DNA of 64,000 nucleotides, taken from positions 9,871 through 73,870 of the forward strand of contig JAHWIK010000027.1 of assembly GCA_019322485.1 (NCBI GenBank), written 5' to 3'. Both the position numbers and the translations under genes were made by a program. Source of the stretch: Candidatus Woesearchaeota archaeon (GTDB lineage Archaea > Nanobdellota > Nanobdellia > Woesearchaeales > JAHWIC01). The notes beneath the pieces are model-generated. The model had not been told where the DNA came from. It did not search any database and saw only the letters and a list, made by a program, of their open reading frames with translations. Of this stretch, positions 41,249 through 50,683 are shown in pieces; within the stretch, counting starts at the first letter, position 1; the number at the start of each line of letters is the position of its first letter.

Positions 41249-43341
41249 TGAATAAGAGAATGAACAAAAAATCCCAGATTACTTTGTTTATTATAATCGG
41301 AATAGTTATGCTAACCTCAGTTGGCACGTATATATACTTTAGAGCCTCTATCAGGAGGGCAGAGATAATGCCTGAACTTGTAGCTGCTGAGGAAGTGCCA
41401 AGGGCATTCAACCCAATACAGGTGTTCATAGAAAGCTGTGTGAGCAAGGTAGGTAAGGATGGGATGGAACTGCTTGGCAGCCAAGGGGGCTACATAAACA
41501 TTGAAAGAGCCGGTATTGGACCAGGCATAACACCTACTGAAGGAAATGCTGTAGCCTTTTCAAGAGGTTCTGGGTTAAATGTTCCCTACTGGTTCTATTT
41601 GGAGAGCGACAATAAATGCATTGGCAATTGTGTGTTTAGTACGCAAAAACCAGAACTGTACAAAGGCAGGCTGCTGTCAATCGAGGGGCAGCTTGAGGAG
41701 TATGTTAATGCCAATCTAAAGGAATGCTTTAATGAATTTAAGGTATTGAAAACAAGGGGCTACATAATTGAGGAGCTTGGAGATATTAATACAAAGGTTA
41801 GTGTAACAGAAGAAGAGGTTGTTGTTTTGGTAGAATACCCAATCAAGGCTAGGGCTCTTGATGCAGTGCTTGAGCTTGAAAGGTTTCCAGTGGTAATACA
41901 AGTTAATTTAAAGGACATTTATGAATTGGCTATGCTGATAACAAACCTCGAGGCTGAATACAGATATCTTGAAAAGGACGCGCTAAACCTCATAACCGGG
42001 TTTTCTGGCAAGGATATGGAAAAGCTGGCGCCAATGTCAGATGTTGGCCTGGAGTTTGGCAACAGACTTTACTGGAGAAGAGGCGCAATTATAGACAATC
42101 TAAAGGGCATGCTTTCAGCCTATATCCCTTTGCTGCAGGTAGAGGGTACGCGCAATTACAGGCCATTGAGCTTTCCTGGTGAAAGCCTGAAGGAATCATT
42201 ATACAATCAACAGATGCTGATTCCAAACAGTGAGCTGTATAACCTTGATGTTTACTTCACTTATCTTGGATGGGAGCCATGGTTTGACCTTAATTGCAGG
42301 GGGGAGATATGCCAGCCAGAATCTATTTCAAGCAGCATAATAACCCTGATGGGCTTGCAGCGATACAACTTTGTCTATGACCTTAGTTTCCCTGTGATGG
42401 TAGAGATACATGACCCAGACGCATTTAAGGGCCTAGGTTATGACTTTAGGTTTATGCTTGAGGCAAATATCCGAAATAACGAGCCTATGCCAGAGGTATT
42501 CAGCCCACTACAGGTTATTGAGCCACAGGTTTCTTTGCTGTGTGATTTAGAAAAGAGAAACAGCGGCTATATGGATATAGATATAACTGATATGATGACT
42601 GCTGAGCCAGTTGATGATGTGAGGGTTTCTTTCAGCTGCGCTGAGGAGAGCTGTTTTATGGGTATTGCGGAGGGAGGCAGCTTAGTAGAAAGATTCCCTG
42701 TTTGCCTTGGAGGGATTGTTTCCTTCCTTAAAGAAGGCTACCTGGGTTATTCTCAATTCCTGAACACAAAGCTTGACGAAAAAGCTGAGGTTAAGGTCAC
42801 CCTTAAACCATTGGTTGAGAAGCAGTTTATGATTAAGAAAAAGAGGGTTGTTAAAAATCCAGAAGGGTGGGTTTTCATTGATACTCCGTTTACACTTGGA
42901 AGAAAGGAAAGCGCATTCATAAGTCTTGTAAGAAAACCCGGCCCAGGCGAGGATGCATACCAGGCTGCTGCTGAATACAGCGGCGGTGTTGGAGAGATAA
43001 CCCTGGCGGATGGAGACTATGAGATTGATATACAGCTTTACACAAATGAAACAATTATTATTCCAGAAGAGGAGCGCTGCGAAGAGGTTGCGTTTATTGA
43101 GCAGTGCTATACAATTGAAGAGCTTAAGTTTAATGAAACCTTTCCAAATGGCGGCTTGAAGCTGAATCATACATTTACAGCTGATGACCTTAAGAGTGAT
43201 ATGATAACGTTTTATGTTGTAAATACCTACATAACAGGCATTCCTGAAGCTAACAGGGTTGTTGAAGACCTTGAGCAAATAGAAAAGGTAGAGGAATACT
43301 CTACAGCCCATGCTAATAGATTAAAACCAACAGTTGAATAA
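41248..43341 (+). CDS. Family C2: 697-aa protein with class III signal-peptide-like N-terminus
   Basis: MNKRMNKKSQITLFIIIGIVMLTSVGTYIYF. The core FIESCVSKVGKDGMELLGSQGGYINIE...PTEGNAVAF...VPYWFYL... is paralogous to C1 and C3. Confidence 0.8.
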   Translation: MNKRMNKKSQITLFIIIGIVMLTSVGTYIYFRASIRRAEIMPELVAAEEVPRAFNPIQVFIESCVSKVGKDGMELLGSQGGYINIERAGIGPGITPTEGNAVAFSRGSGLNVPYWFYLESDNKCIGNCVFSTQKPELYKGRLLSIEGQLEEYVNANLKECFNEFKVLKTRGYIIEELGDINTKVSVTEEEVVVLVEYPIKARALDAVLELERFPVVIQVNLKDIYELAMLITNLEAEYRYLEKDALNLITGFSGKDMEKLAPMSDVGLEFGNRLYWRRGAIIDNLKGMLSAYIPLLQVEGTRNYRPLSFPGESLKESLYNQQMLIPNSELYNLDVYFTYLGWEPWFDLNCRGEICQPESISSSIITLMGLQRYNFVYDLSFPVMVEIHDPDAFKGLGYDFRFMLEANIRNNEPMPEVFSPLQVIEPQVSLLCDLEKRNSGYMDIDITDMMTAEPVDDVRVSFSCAEESCFMGIAEGGSLVERFPVCLGGIVSFLKEGYLGYSQFLNTKLDEKAEVKVTLKPLVEKQFMIKKKRVVKNPEGWVFIDTPFTLGRKESAFISLVRKPGPGEDAYQAAAEYSGGVGEITLADGDYEIDIQLYTNETIIIPEEERCEEVAFIEQCYTIEELKFNETFPNGGLKLNHTFTADDLKSDMITFYVVNTYITGIPEANRVVEDLEQIEKVEEYSTAHANRLKPTVE

Positions 43342-43342
43342 G

Positions 43343-46300
43343 ATGTCAATCAAGCAATTAAAGTTAATCGCATTGTTCATGAGCAGCTTAATGATAATGA
43401 TACCTATGTATTCTGCTTCTATTCTTGCATATACCGGCATTAAGAGGATTGAGGCTAGCGGCCAGGATGGCATCGAGGGCTATATTAGAAATGAGGATGC
43501 TATTGACTTCAGGGTAATTGCTAATATTGATGATGATCTTGATGGGGTAACATCAGACCAGGTTAAGATTCCTGAGGCTGCTGTGGAGTTTAGCAGCTGC
43601 ATGCCTGGTTTGGAAGGCTATGAATGCGAACTCAGGCTTCCTGATACAGGAACCTGGACATACAGAGACCTAAACAGGATTCCAGTTCTATTATATGACG
43701 AAGGTGACAACCAGGTTGGCGGGCGCACTGCCACACTTGTTGTGGACAATAATGCCCCTGATGTCAGGTTTTTTAGTATCCTGCCTAAGCTGACTTCTTC
43801 GGGAGATATGACATTTACTTACTCTGTCGAGGATTATGCTTATAGAAAAGGTGATTCAAGCAGATGTGTCGGGCTTGACAGGATTGTATTTTATACCTTT
43901 GATTCATCCTTTGTCGAGCAGGTCAACATTGATACTGATGATTGCGATGTTTCAGGCAGTGTTTCAGTTGACAACAGTATCCTGCCTGAGGGAGGCAATG
44001 TGATTTATGTCAAGGCTGTTGACAAATTTGAGCAGGAATCAGAGCCTGAAGAGGATTCAATTGTTATTGACAGGACAGCGCCAGTAATAGGCAGCTTGAA
44101 GATTGTTGATACCAATGGAAACAGCATTGATTATATCGGCAGTGATACAATAAAAGGCGAGGTTATTGTTAACATAAGCGGGCCTGGCCTGGATACCAAC
44201 AGCGTGGCAGGTGATTTCTCTGAGCTGAACTATGAAAGGGGGAATTACAAAAACCTCAGAGCAGTTATATGCAATGTATTGCATGACACAGCCCTATGCA
44301 GCTGGTCTGTTGAGCTTAAGCTTGACAGCGGCGGTATGAAGTATATGACTATAAATGCATCTGATAATGTTGGGAATAAAGCAACAGTAAGCTTGTCCAA
44401 GGGATTTGTGTTTGATGATGCAGGGCCGGTTATAAACGGTATAACCACAGATAAAATACATGGCGGGATTAGCTATGCCTCTTCGCAGGACAATACATTT
44501 GTGGCTTCTATATCTGAGCCAGGTGTTGGAGTTGATGCAAGCAACGTATTCCTGCACATAGGATCTTTGTTCCTGCCAGCTGACAGCTGCGAGGCTGATG
44601 CCTGCTATTGGTATGAGGTTGGTATTGGCCAAGAGGGTAGTGTAAGAGTCTGGATTGGTGATGACACAACTGACAGGCTTGGAAATGCTGCAGAGGAATT
44701 TTCCACTGATATAATTGTTGATGCAACTAAGCCTGCATTAACTTCCCTGAATGTGAAAACAATCGGTGGTGTGCTGCCTGCTTACAGGTATGTAAAGACC
44801 TTTGACAGCCTGGAGATAACAGCTGAGATTGTTGAAGCAAATGTCATCACAGAAGCTTATGGTGATTTCTCATCAATAATTGACGGTGCTGATAAGGTTC
44901 TTGCTGATGAATGCACTAAAACAGACGGCACCTATACCTGCAAATGGACAACTGATCCAATAGATGTTGAGGGCTATATTGATAGTTCCATTGACTTTAG
45001 CTTTATTGATATATCAGGTAATGTCCTTACAGCAAGTGCTCCTGTTGAGGTTTACGAGCTAATCGATACTGAACTTGATTATTGGAAACATGATGTGAGT
45101 TGCTCGCCAGAGCTGATTGACAGGCAGACAACAGCACTTGTAAACCACAGGATTTACTGCCATATCGGCCTTTCAGGAAATGCTGAAACAATTGACATAA
45201 ATCTTGAGGGATGCGACGGACCTACTGAATATTTAGAAGAGGCGCCTGTGCTGTTTAATGATGAGATTGGCAGTACTGACCCTTACCTTAAGTTTACGCT
45301 CAGGGCTGAAGAGCTGACTATTAGTGAGCTGGAGTTTGACTGCAAGCTGAGGATTGTTTCAAAGATAAGTGAGCGCATAACAAGGTATCCAGAGGTGGAG
45401 AATGTTTCCATCCAAATCGGATTCTACAACCTGCCTCTTGGGGAGTATGGCGCTGGTGTTGACAAAAAGATCGAAGATGCCAAAGAGTTTGCGTGGTATA
45501 TTGGTGACTGGGTTGAGGATGTCAATGAGATACTGCACTATGGCCAGGCTATCTGCAATATGGCTAATTCGCTTATAAAGCTCTTTGGTGGTTTATCAGC
45601 AATTGGAAGTGCACTTTCCCTGCTTGGGACAACATCCAAAACAGCAGATGAGGTCAGGAAAGAGGTGCAGCGTGCACAACAAGGTGTGAGTGGACTGACT
45701 AAGGAGCAATGGGCTAAGAGCGAGGGTTTCAATAAATTCTGCAAATTCTTCTCATGCAGGCTTTACTATGATGATGCCTTCGAAGGTCCAACTGCCGAAG
45801 CAATAGGCAAGTGGCAGCGTACGGTTCTTGAGCGAGCTAACTGGGTATCTACTGGCGGCGGAAAGATTCGTGCAATAGAGGCATGGTCCAATAAAGAGAA
45901 CCGCAACAAGATGAACATCTACACTGGCAAGCTTAACCCCAAGGAAAGCATTGTGATTAGCACCCTGACATTATGCCTGCCTGGAATTGTTTACAATCTC
46001 AATAAGCTAAGGCAGATTCAATGCATGTATGTTGACTGCATGCAGACTTATGCTACACAAGGGCTTCCTTTGAAAGCCTGCGAAGACCAGAAGGAATACG
46101 CAACCTGCAAGTATTGGTGGGGGGAGATATTCCAGTTACTTCCATTTACTGGCTTGTGGAATGAGATGATTGGTATGGTTAAAAAAGCATTGTCAAGTCC
46201 ATTTGGTTTCATTGACATAGTTTTAGGCTATGTGTGCAGACCTCTGTATGAAAAAGACAAAATGGGAGGGCCAGCTGCTATATGCCTGATAAATGATATC

Positions 46301-46387
46301 GCTGGTCTGATTGCAGATGTTGCATCAGACCTTGAAGGTATTGGTGACCAGTGGGAAATAAAGGACGATTATTGTGATAATATTTGA
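43343..46387 (+). CDS. Family A2 (about 1014 aa)
   Basis: The track start at 43334 is TTG, and the first ATG is 43343, 1 nt after the C2 stop. Signal LIALFMSSLMIMIPMYSASILA. Units are delimited by DNNAPDV, DRTAPVI, DDAGPVI and DATKPAL. C-terminus: TLTLCLPGIVYNLNKLRQIQCMYVDC...ACEDQKEYATCKYWWGEIF. Confidence 0.8.
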   Translation: MSIKQLKLIALFMSSLMIMIPMYSASILAYTGIKRIEASGQDGIEGYIRNEDAIDFRVIANIDDDLDGVTSDQVKIPEAAVEFSSCMPGLEGYECELRLPDTGTWTYRDLNRIPVLLYDEGDNQVGGRTATLVVDNNAPDVRFFSILPKLTSSGDMTFTYSVEDYAYRKGDSSRCVGLDRIVFYTFDSSFVEQVNIDTDDCDVSGSVSVDNSILPEGGNVIYVKAVDKFEQESEPEEDSIVIDRTAPVIGSLKIVDTNGNSIDYIGSDTIKGEVIVNISGPGLDTNSVAGDFSELNYERGNYKNLRAVICNVLHDTALCSWSVELKLDSGGMKYMTINASDNVGNKATVSLSKGFVFDDAGPVINGITTDKIHGGISYASSQDNTFVASISEPGVGVDASNVFLHIGSLFLPADSCEADACYWYEVGIGQEGSVRVWIGDDTTDRLGNAAEEFSTDIIVDATKPALTSLNVKTIGGVLPAYRYVKTFDSLEITAEIVEANVITEAYGDFSSIIDGADKVLADECTKTDGTYTCKWTTDPIDVEGYIDSSIDFSFIDISGNVLTASAPVEVYELIDTELDYWKHDVSCSPELIDRQTTALVNHRIYCHIGLSGNAETIDINLEGCDGPTEYLEEAPVLFNDEIGSTDPYLKFTLRAEELTISELEFDCKLRIVSKISERITRYPEVENVSIQIGFYNLPLGEYGAGVDKKIEDAKEFAWYIGDWVEDVNEILHYGQAICNMANSLIKLFGGLSAIGSALSLLGTTSKTADEVRKEVQRAQQGVSGLTKEQWAKSEGFNKFCKFFSCRLYYDDAFEGPTAEAIGKWQRTVLERANWVSTGGGKIRAIEAWSNKENRNKMNIYTGKLNPKESIVISTLTLCLPGIVYNLNKLRQIQCMYVDCMQTYATQGLPLKACEDQKEYATCKYWWGEIFQLLPFTGLWNEMIGMVKKALSSPFGFIDIVLGYVCRPLYEKDKMGGPAAICLINDIAGLIADVASDLEGIGDQWEIKDDYCDNI

Positions 46388-46389
46388 AA

Positions 46390-48786
46390 ATGGATAAAGC
46401 AAGACTATTGAAGATTGGAATTTTGTTCGTGATAATTTTGGTAATCTGCAGTGGGATTGTTTATGCTGCTGATTCTACCACAAAGAAGGTCACTATAAAA
46501 GGTGTAGATTATTACTATTCTGAAGAAGACCGTGCGGCAAATAAGGGAACGAAATCAACTAGTGTATACCTTGACCCTAAGTTAGAGAATAAAGCAAAAA
46601 GCTGGATAAAAACAGATGGGTCATTTGAAAGGCAACCTGAAACTCCTGAAGAAAGTGCAGAGTGGGCCCAAGGCCAATATTATGTTAATCAATTCGGTAA
46701 AGCTGCAGAAAGCTTTGACCCGACCAAAGCAGAAACAGTTGTGACAGCAGCGCCTGCTGCGCCAGCAGCAGCTGAGCCGGCGGCGGCAGAACCTGCTGAA
46801 GAAGGTTTCAAGCGTGAGGGGCAGGTTGGTACAGGCAAGCCCAGCGGTACAGGAGCCACACCTTCTGGAAAGAAATATTATTTTGACACGAGTGGTGATG
46901 GCAGTGCATTCTATCTCTCAAAAGAAGCAGACCAAAACAAGGCTGATGGATTAGACCATTTAGAATCAGTCACGAAAGAACAATACGATGCAATCAGAGG
47001 AGCGCCCAAAGGCTCAACCTTTACTTATGATGACAGTAAACCAGATGATAAGATAGTTTCTATAACGCATGAATCAAAAGGTACTACAACAACAACCAGA
47101 GTAAGTGGAAGCGGAAGCAAAACCAAAGAGACCAAAATAACAAGAGAAGGGAAGTCTTTCACAACTACTACAGATGTAAAAGGAAAGACTGTAGCAGTAA
47201 AATATGAAGGGATGGAACTAAGCCCATCAACAGAATGGAAAGTAAACAAAGATGGCCAACTAACCTATGATGGCCAGGTTGCAGAAAGCAAGGGTGGCAC
47301 CCTAGGAGAAACATTTGTGCTTAAGGATGGAAGGATGATTATAGCTTACTCAGCAGACCCTGGAAAGGACGAGCCAGGTGCAACAGTCGAGATATCTGCT
47401 GATAAATCGAGTATAAATGTTGCAGTCCCAGGAAGGAAGGACCAGCCGATAACCACAGCGGACTGCAAAAGGGTATTAGGATTTAGCATGGAAACAATTC
47501 TCAAGATGGCAGATGCTGAACTGATTGCTGATGAACTCCATAGGGCAGGTATACTTACCAACATAGGCTCTGTTTTCGAAATCCTTGAAAATGAAGGAAT
47601 AGGCTTAAGTGATATCATCAGTGGAAACGTGAAAGATGGAGTTTATACTTCGGGGAATGTAAAGATTGAATTTAAACCAGACGGCACAGTAGAAATCCAA
47701 AGAGTAACCAGCCCTGGAGCAAGATTTGATGAGAAAGGAAAACTGCCAGAAGGAACCGAATATGAAAGGGTTATAAAAAATGATGATAAGAGGGTAACTG
47801 AGATAGTCACTGTAACTGCAGGCAAAGAAGGAGCAACTGAAGAAGATGAAGAAACAAGGGCTAAATGGAATTATGTAGAGGGAAAGACTACTGGAACTGC
47901 CACGATTCCTGGTGTGGGGGAGGATGTTGAATTTGAATATAATGAAAATACTGGAAACATCATCTGGTACAAAGTCGATGATAAATATTACAGAGTAGAA
48001 GATGGAAGATGGTTTGAGGATGACAAGTTCACAAAACCGTGCACAGAGGGCTGCCCAAGTGCAGAGGCAACAGGCGCTCTAAGAACTACAGATGATAAAA
48101 AAGCATCTGCAGAGAACAGGATTACATCAACTGGGAGGTACATCCAAAGGTTCTGGGGTGCCTTAGAAACAGCTGCCAGGGGCGGTATTGGGAGGTTCTT
48201 AAGCCTTTTCATGGACGATGAAGATCTTAGAGAATGGAGAGAGGGAGTTGACGATTTCCTCTGCTCAACAGTTATTGCTGGCGGCACTGAATGCTGGACT
48301 TCTGGGATATGCGGCAAATGGATTGATGACAGGTTTGGCGGCGGGATAGCATATGTGGAAATACCGGGTGGAATGCTCAATATTGCAGCTCATATTGAAG
48401 GAGAACGAACAGTGGTAGAGTCCCCAGAAAAAACACAATACCTGTATAAATTCACTTATGTTATAAACAACCCTCTCAAGGAAGGGCTTGGCTTTAATGT
48501 CTATTTTTATGGTGATAGAACAACTAGTTTATACAGCGAAGATATGAAATTAGAAAAAGGAGCATCTACCTCAAGGATAGGAAACTCTGCTGTTGTCCAA
48601 TATTCTGATTATTATTACACCAGGGCATGCATTGTATTTAACAGACCAATAAAGGTTGCTGGCGACACAATAACACAGTTATGCAACAAGATAACAGAGT
48701 ACCACGGCCCAGCACTTAGTATCAAATCAATTGGGGAGCGACAAGATAAACTGGAAGAGGAAGGAATAGTAGAAAACCAGATATAA
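46390..48786 (+). CDS. Family B2 (about 798 aa)
   Basis: The track start at 46384 is TTG, and the first ATG is 46390, 2 nt after the A2 stop. N-terminal anchor LLKIGILFVIILVICSGIVYA, an Ala/Pro linker, a Thr/Lys-rich region, and a C-terminal domain with QYLYKFTYVI and YYTRACIVFNRP. Confidence 0.75.
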   Translation: MDKARLLKIGILFVIILVICSGIVYAADSTTKKVTIKGVDYYYSEEDRAANKGTKSTSVYLDPKLENKAKSWIKTDGSFERQPETPEESAEWAQGQYYVNQFGKAAESFDPTKAETVVTAAPAAPAAAEPAAAEPAEEGFKREGQVGTGKPSGTGATPSGKKYYFDTSGDGSAFYLSKEADQNKADGLDHLESVTKEQYDAIRGAPKGSTFTYDDSKPDDKIVSITHESKGTTTTTRVSGSGSKTKETKITREGKSFTTTTDVKGKTVAVKYEGMELSPSTEWKVNKDGQLTYDGQVAESKGGTLGETFVLKDGRMIIAYSADPGKDEPGATVEISADKSSINVAVPGRKDQPITTADCKRVLGFSMETILKMADAELIADELHRAGILTNIGSVFEILENEGIGLSDIISGNVKDGVYTSGNVKIEFKPDGTVEIQRVTSPGARFDEKGKLPEGTEYERVIKNDDKRVTEIVTVTAGKEGATEEDEETRAKWNYVEGKTTGTATIPGVGEDVEFEYNENTGNIIWYKVDDKYYRVEDGRWFEDDKFTKPCTEGCPSAEATGALRTTDDKKASAENRITSTGRYIQRFWGALETAARGGIGRFLSLFMDDEDLREWREGVDDFLCSTVIAGGTECWTSGICGKWIDDRFGGGIAYVEIPGGMLNIAAHIEGERTVVESPEKTQYLYKFTYVINNPLKEGLGFNVYFYGDRTTSLYSEDMKLEKGASTSRIGNSAVVQYSDYYYTRACIVFNRPIKVAGDTITQLCNKITEYHGPALSIKSIGERQDKLEEEGIVENQI

Positions 48787-48787
48787 A

Positions 48788-50683
48788 ATGTTAATAAAAA
48801 AAGGGGTGAAAGTTAGAAAGAGAGGGCAGGTTACCTTATTTATAATACTGGGAATAGTTCTGCTCTCAGCCCTTGGGATGTATGTTTATTTTACGGTTGC
48901 TGCTCAAGAAGAAGCAGAGGTGATATCTGCAGAAGCTTCACCAGTTATAGTATTTGTAGAAAGCTGTATGATGGATATTGCAAGAGAGGGTATAACAACC
49001 TTGGGCTTTAATGGAGGGTATATAACCTTTCCTGCAAAGATAGAAAGGAATCCTATGACCTATCTAGCTGGTTCGCCGATAAAAGACCTAATGAATCCAT
49101 ACTGGTGGTATGACGGCATAGAAGCTATACCAACAGAGGGGTTCATAAAAATCCAGCTAGGAGACTATGTGTCAAGAGAGCTAAGAACATGCCTGAACAA
49201 TTTTGAGGATTTAAAGGATTATGAGATAAGAGAGCTTGGTCCTGTAAGCACTGTTGTCGAGCTTACTGTAGAGGATGTTGTGGTCAAGGTGGACTATCCA
49301 TTGGTTATCAAGAAGGGCGAGGATTTGATGAGGAAGGAGGACTTTAGGGTTGAGGTCCCAGTAAGACTGAAAAAAACCTATGAGCTTGCCAAAAGAATAA
49401 TGGAGCGCGAGAATAGAGATACATTCCTGGAAAAGAAAACAATTGACCTTATCTCAATGGACCCTGAAATACCAATCTCTGACATTGCATTTACATGCGA
49501 GCCAAGGAAATGGCTGCTAGAAGATGTCAAAGCCAAGATTCAGAGGCTGCTTAGGGTAAATCTTCCGTACATAAGGATTGAAGGGACAAGGTACGGCAAC
49601 ACATATGTCCCGAACCCGTATGGTGACAGATACAACACCTCCTACTATAACTACCATTATATCTGGGATGTTGAGGTTGAAGAGCTTGAAGACTTCAGGG
49701 TAAGCTTTACCTATGATGATAAATGGCCTATGGCTGTTTTTGCAAGACCAAGCAGAAATGGCATATTATCCAGCAATGCTGAGAAAGGCCAGGAGATGCT
49801 AGCATTTTTCTGCATGCATATCTGGCATTTTACTTATGATATTATCTACCCAGTTATGGTGGATATTGTTGATGAAAGAACAAGGGAGCATGACAGATTC
49901 AGGTTTAGGTTTCCTTTCAAGGTTTCTGTAAACCACAACCAGCCTTACAGGAAAAGATTCGGGCATATGCTTCTTGAAGGCAGTGAAAAGGCAGAGTCAG
50001 AGGAATACTGCACAGAAGCGCGCAATGAGGTAACGATTTACACCTCTGATAAAGCCACACAAGAGCCGGTTGCTGATGTGGACATAACATTGGTTTGCGG
50101 CAGGTTTAGATGTGACATTGGCAAAAGTGAATGGGTTGGTTATGGTGCAGGGGCTGGCCTTACAAAAAGGATGCCTTACTGCACACAAGCTCTTTTGATT
50201 GGAAGCAAGGAAGGTTATGCTGAAAGCAAGACATTCATACAGACTGACCTGCAGGGTAAAACCTATAATCTTGATATGGTTCCTATAAAAGAGATTGATG
50301 AGTATTATATAGAAAAACATCCATCATCGGTTCCTGCATTAGGAGATATTTTCAGAGAAGGTGAGAAAGCAGTGATTACAATAAGCGTGCCTGAGAAAAA
50401 TTTTGAAAGCTATGGTGTTTATCCAATAACAGGAAATGTTCCATTGAAATTCCTATCAAAGGAAGACAATACCTATAAGGTCTCTATCTATGTCACAAAA
50501 GGGGAGGACCTCCTTGGCGGTTATATAGGTGATTGGACTGTAACCAAAGAGCAGCTAGCTGGTGCTGAAAGGGCAGTATTCCATACAATTATAAGTGATG
50601 CAAAAACAGAGGATGAGAGATTCCTCTTCCTTAGCGGCTTAGAATCATATTCAGAACAAGTTCCAGGGCCTGAGTTAAGATGA
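48788..50683 (+). CDS. Family C3: 631-aa protein with class III signal-peptide-like N-terminus
   Basis: MLIKKGVKVRKRGQVTLFIILGIVLLSALGMYVYF; FVESCMMDIAREGITTLGFNGGYITF...NPYWWYD. ATG lies 1 nt after the B2 stop. Confidence 0.8.
   Translation: MLIKKGVKVRKRGQVTLFIILGIVLLSALGMYVYFTVAAQEEAEVISAEASPVIVFVESCMMDIAREGITTLGFNGGYITFPAKIERNPMTYLAGSPIKDLMNPYWWYDGIEAIPTEGFIKIQLGDYVSRELRTCLNNFEDLKDYEIRELGPVSTVVELTVEDVVVKVDYPLVIKKGEDLMRKEDFRVEVPVRLKKTYELAKRIMERENRDTFLEKKTIDLISMDPEIPISDIAFTCEPRKWLLEDVKAKIQRLLRVNLPYIRIEGTRYGNTYVPNPYGDRYNTSYYNYHYIWDVEVEELEDFRVSFTYDDKWPMAVFARPSRNGILSSNAEKGQEMLAFFCMHIWHFTYDIIYPVMVDIVDERTREHDRFRFRFPFKVSVNHNQPYRKRFGHMLLEGSEKAESEEYCTEARNEVTIYTSDKATQEPVADVDITLVCGRFRCDIGKSEWVGYGAGAGLTKRMPYCTQALLIGSKEGYAESKTFIQTDLQGKTYNLDMVPIKEIDEYYIEKHPSSVPALGDIFREGEKAVITISVPEKNFESYGVYPITGNVPLKFLSKEDNTYKVSIYVTKGEDLLGGYIGDWTVTKEQLAGAERAVFHTIISDAKTEDERFLFLSGLESYSEQVPGPELR

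Noticed and set aside
41178-41447. 89-aa minus-strand ORF at the RHH/C2 junction
   Set aside because: The + strand here encodes the RHH C-terminus and the conserved pilin-like N-terminus of C2 (shared with C1 and C3), so the antisense ORF is an artefact.
42682-43311. 209-aa minus-strand ORF inside C2
   Set aside because: It is antisense to a region that aligns with paralogs C1 and C3 on the + strand. Its own translation is low-complexity, with no start context.
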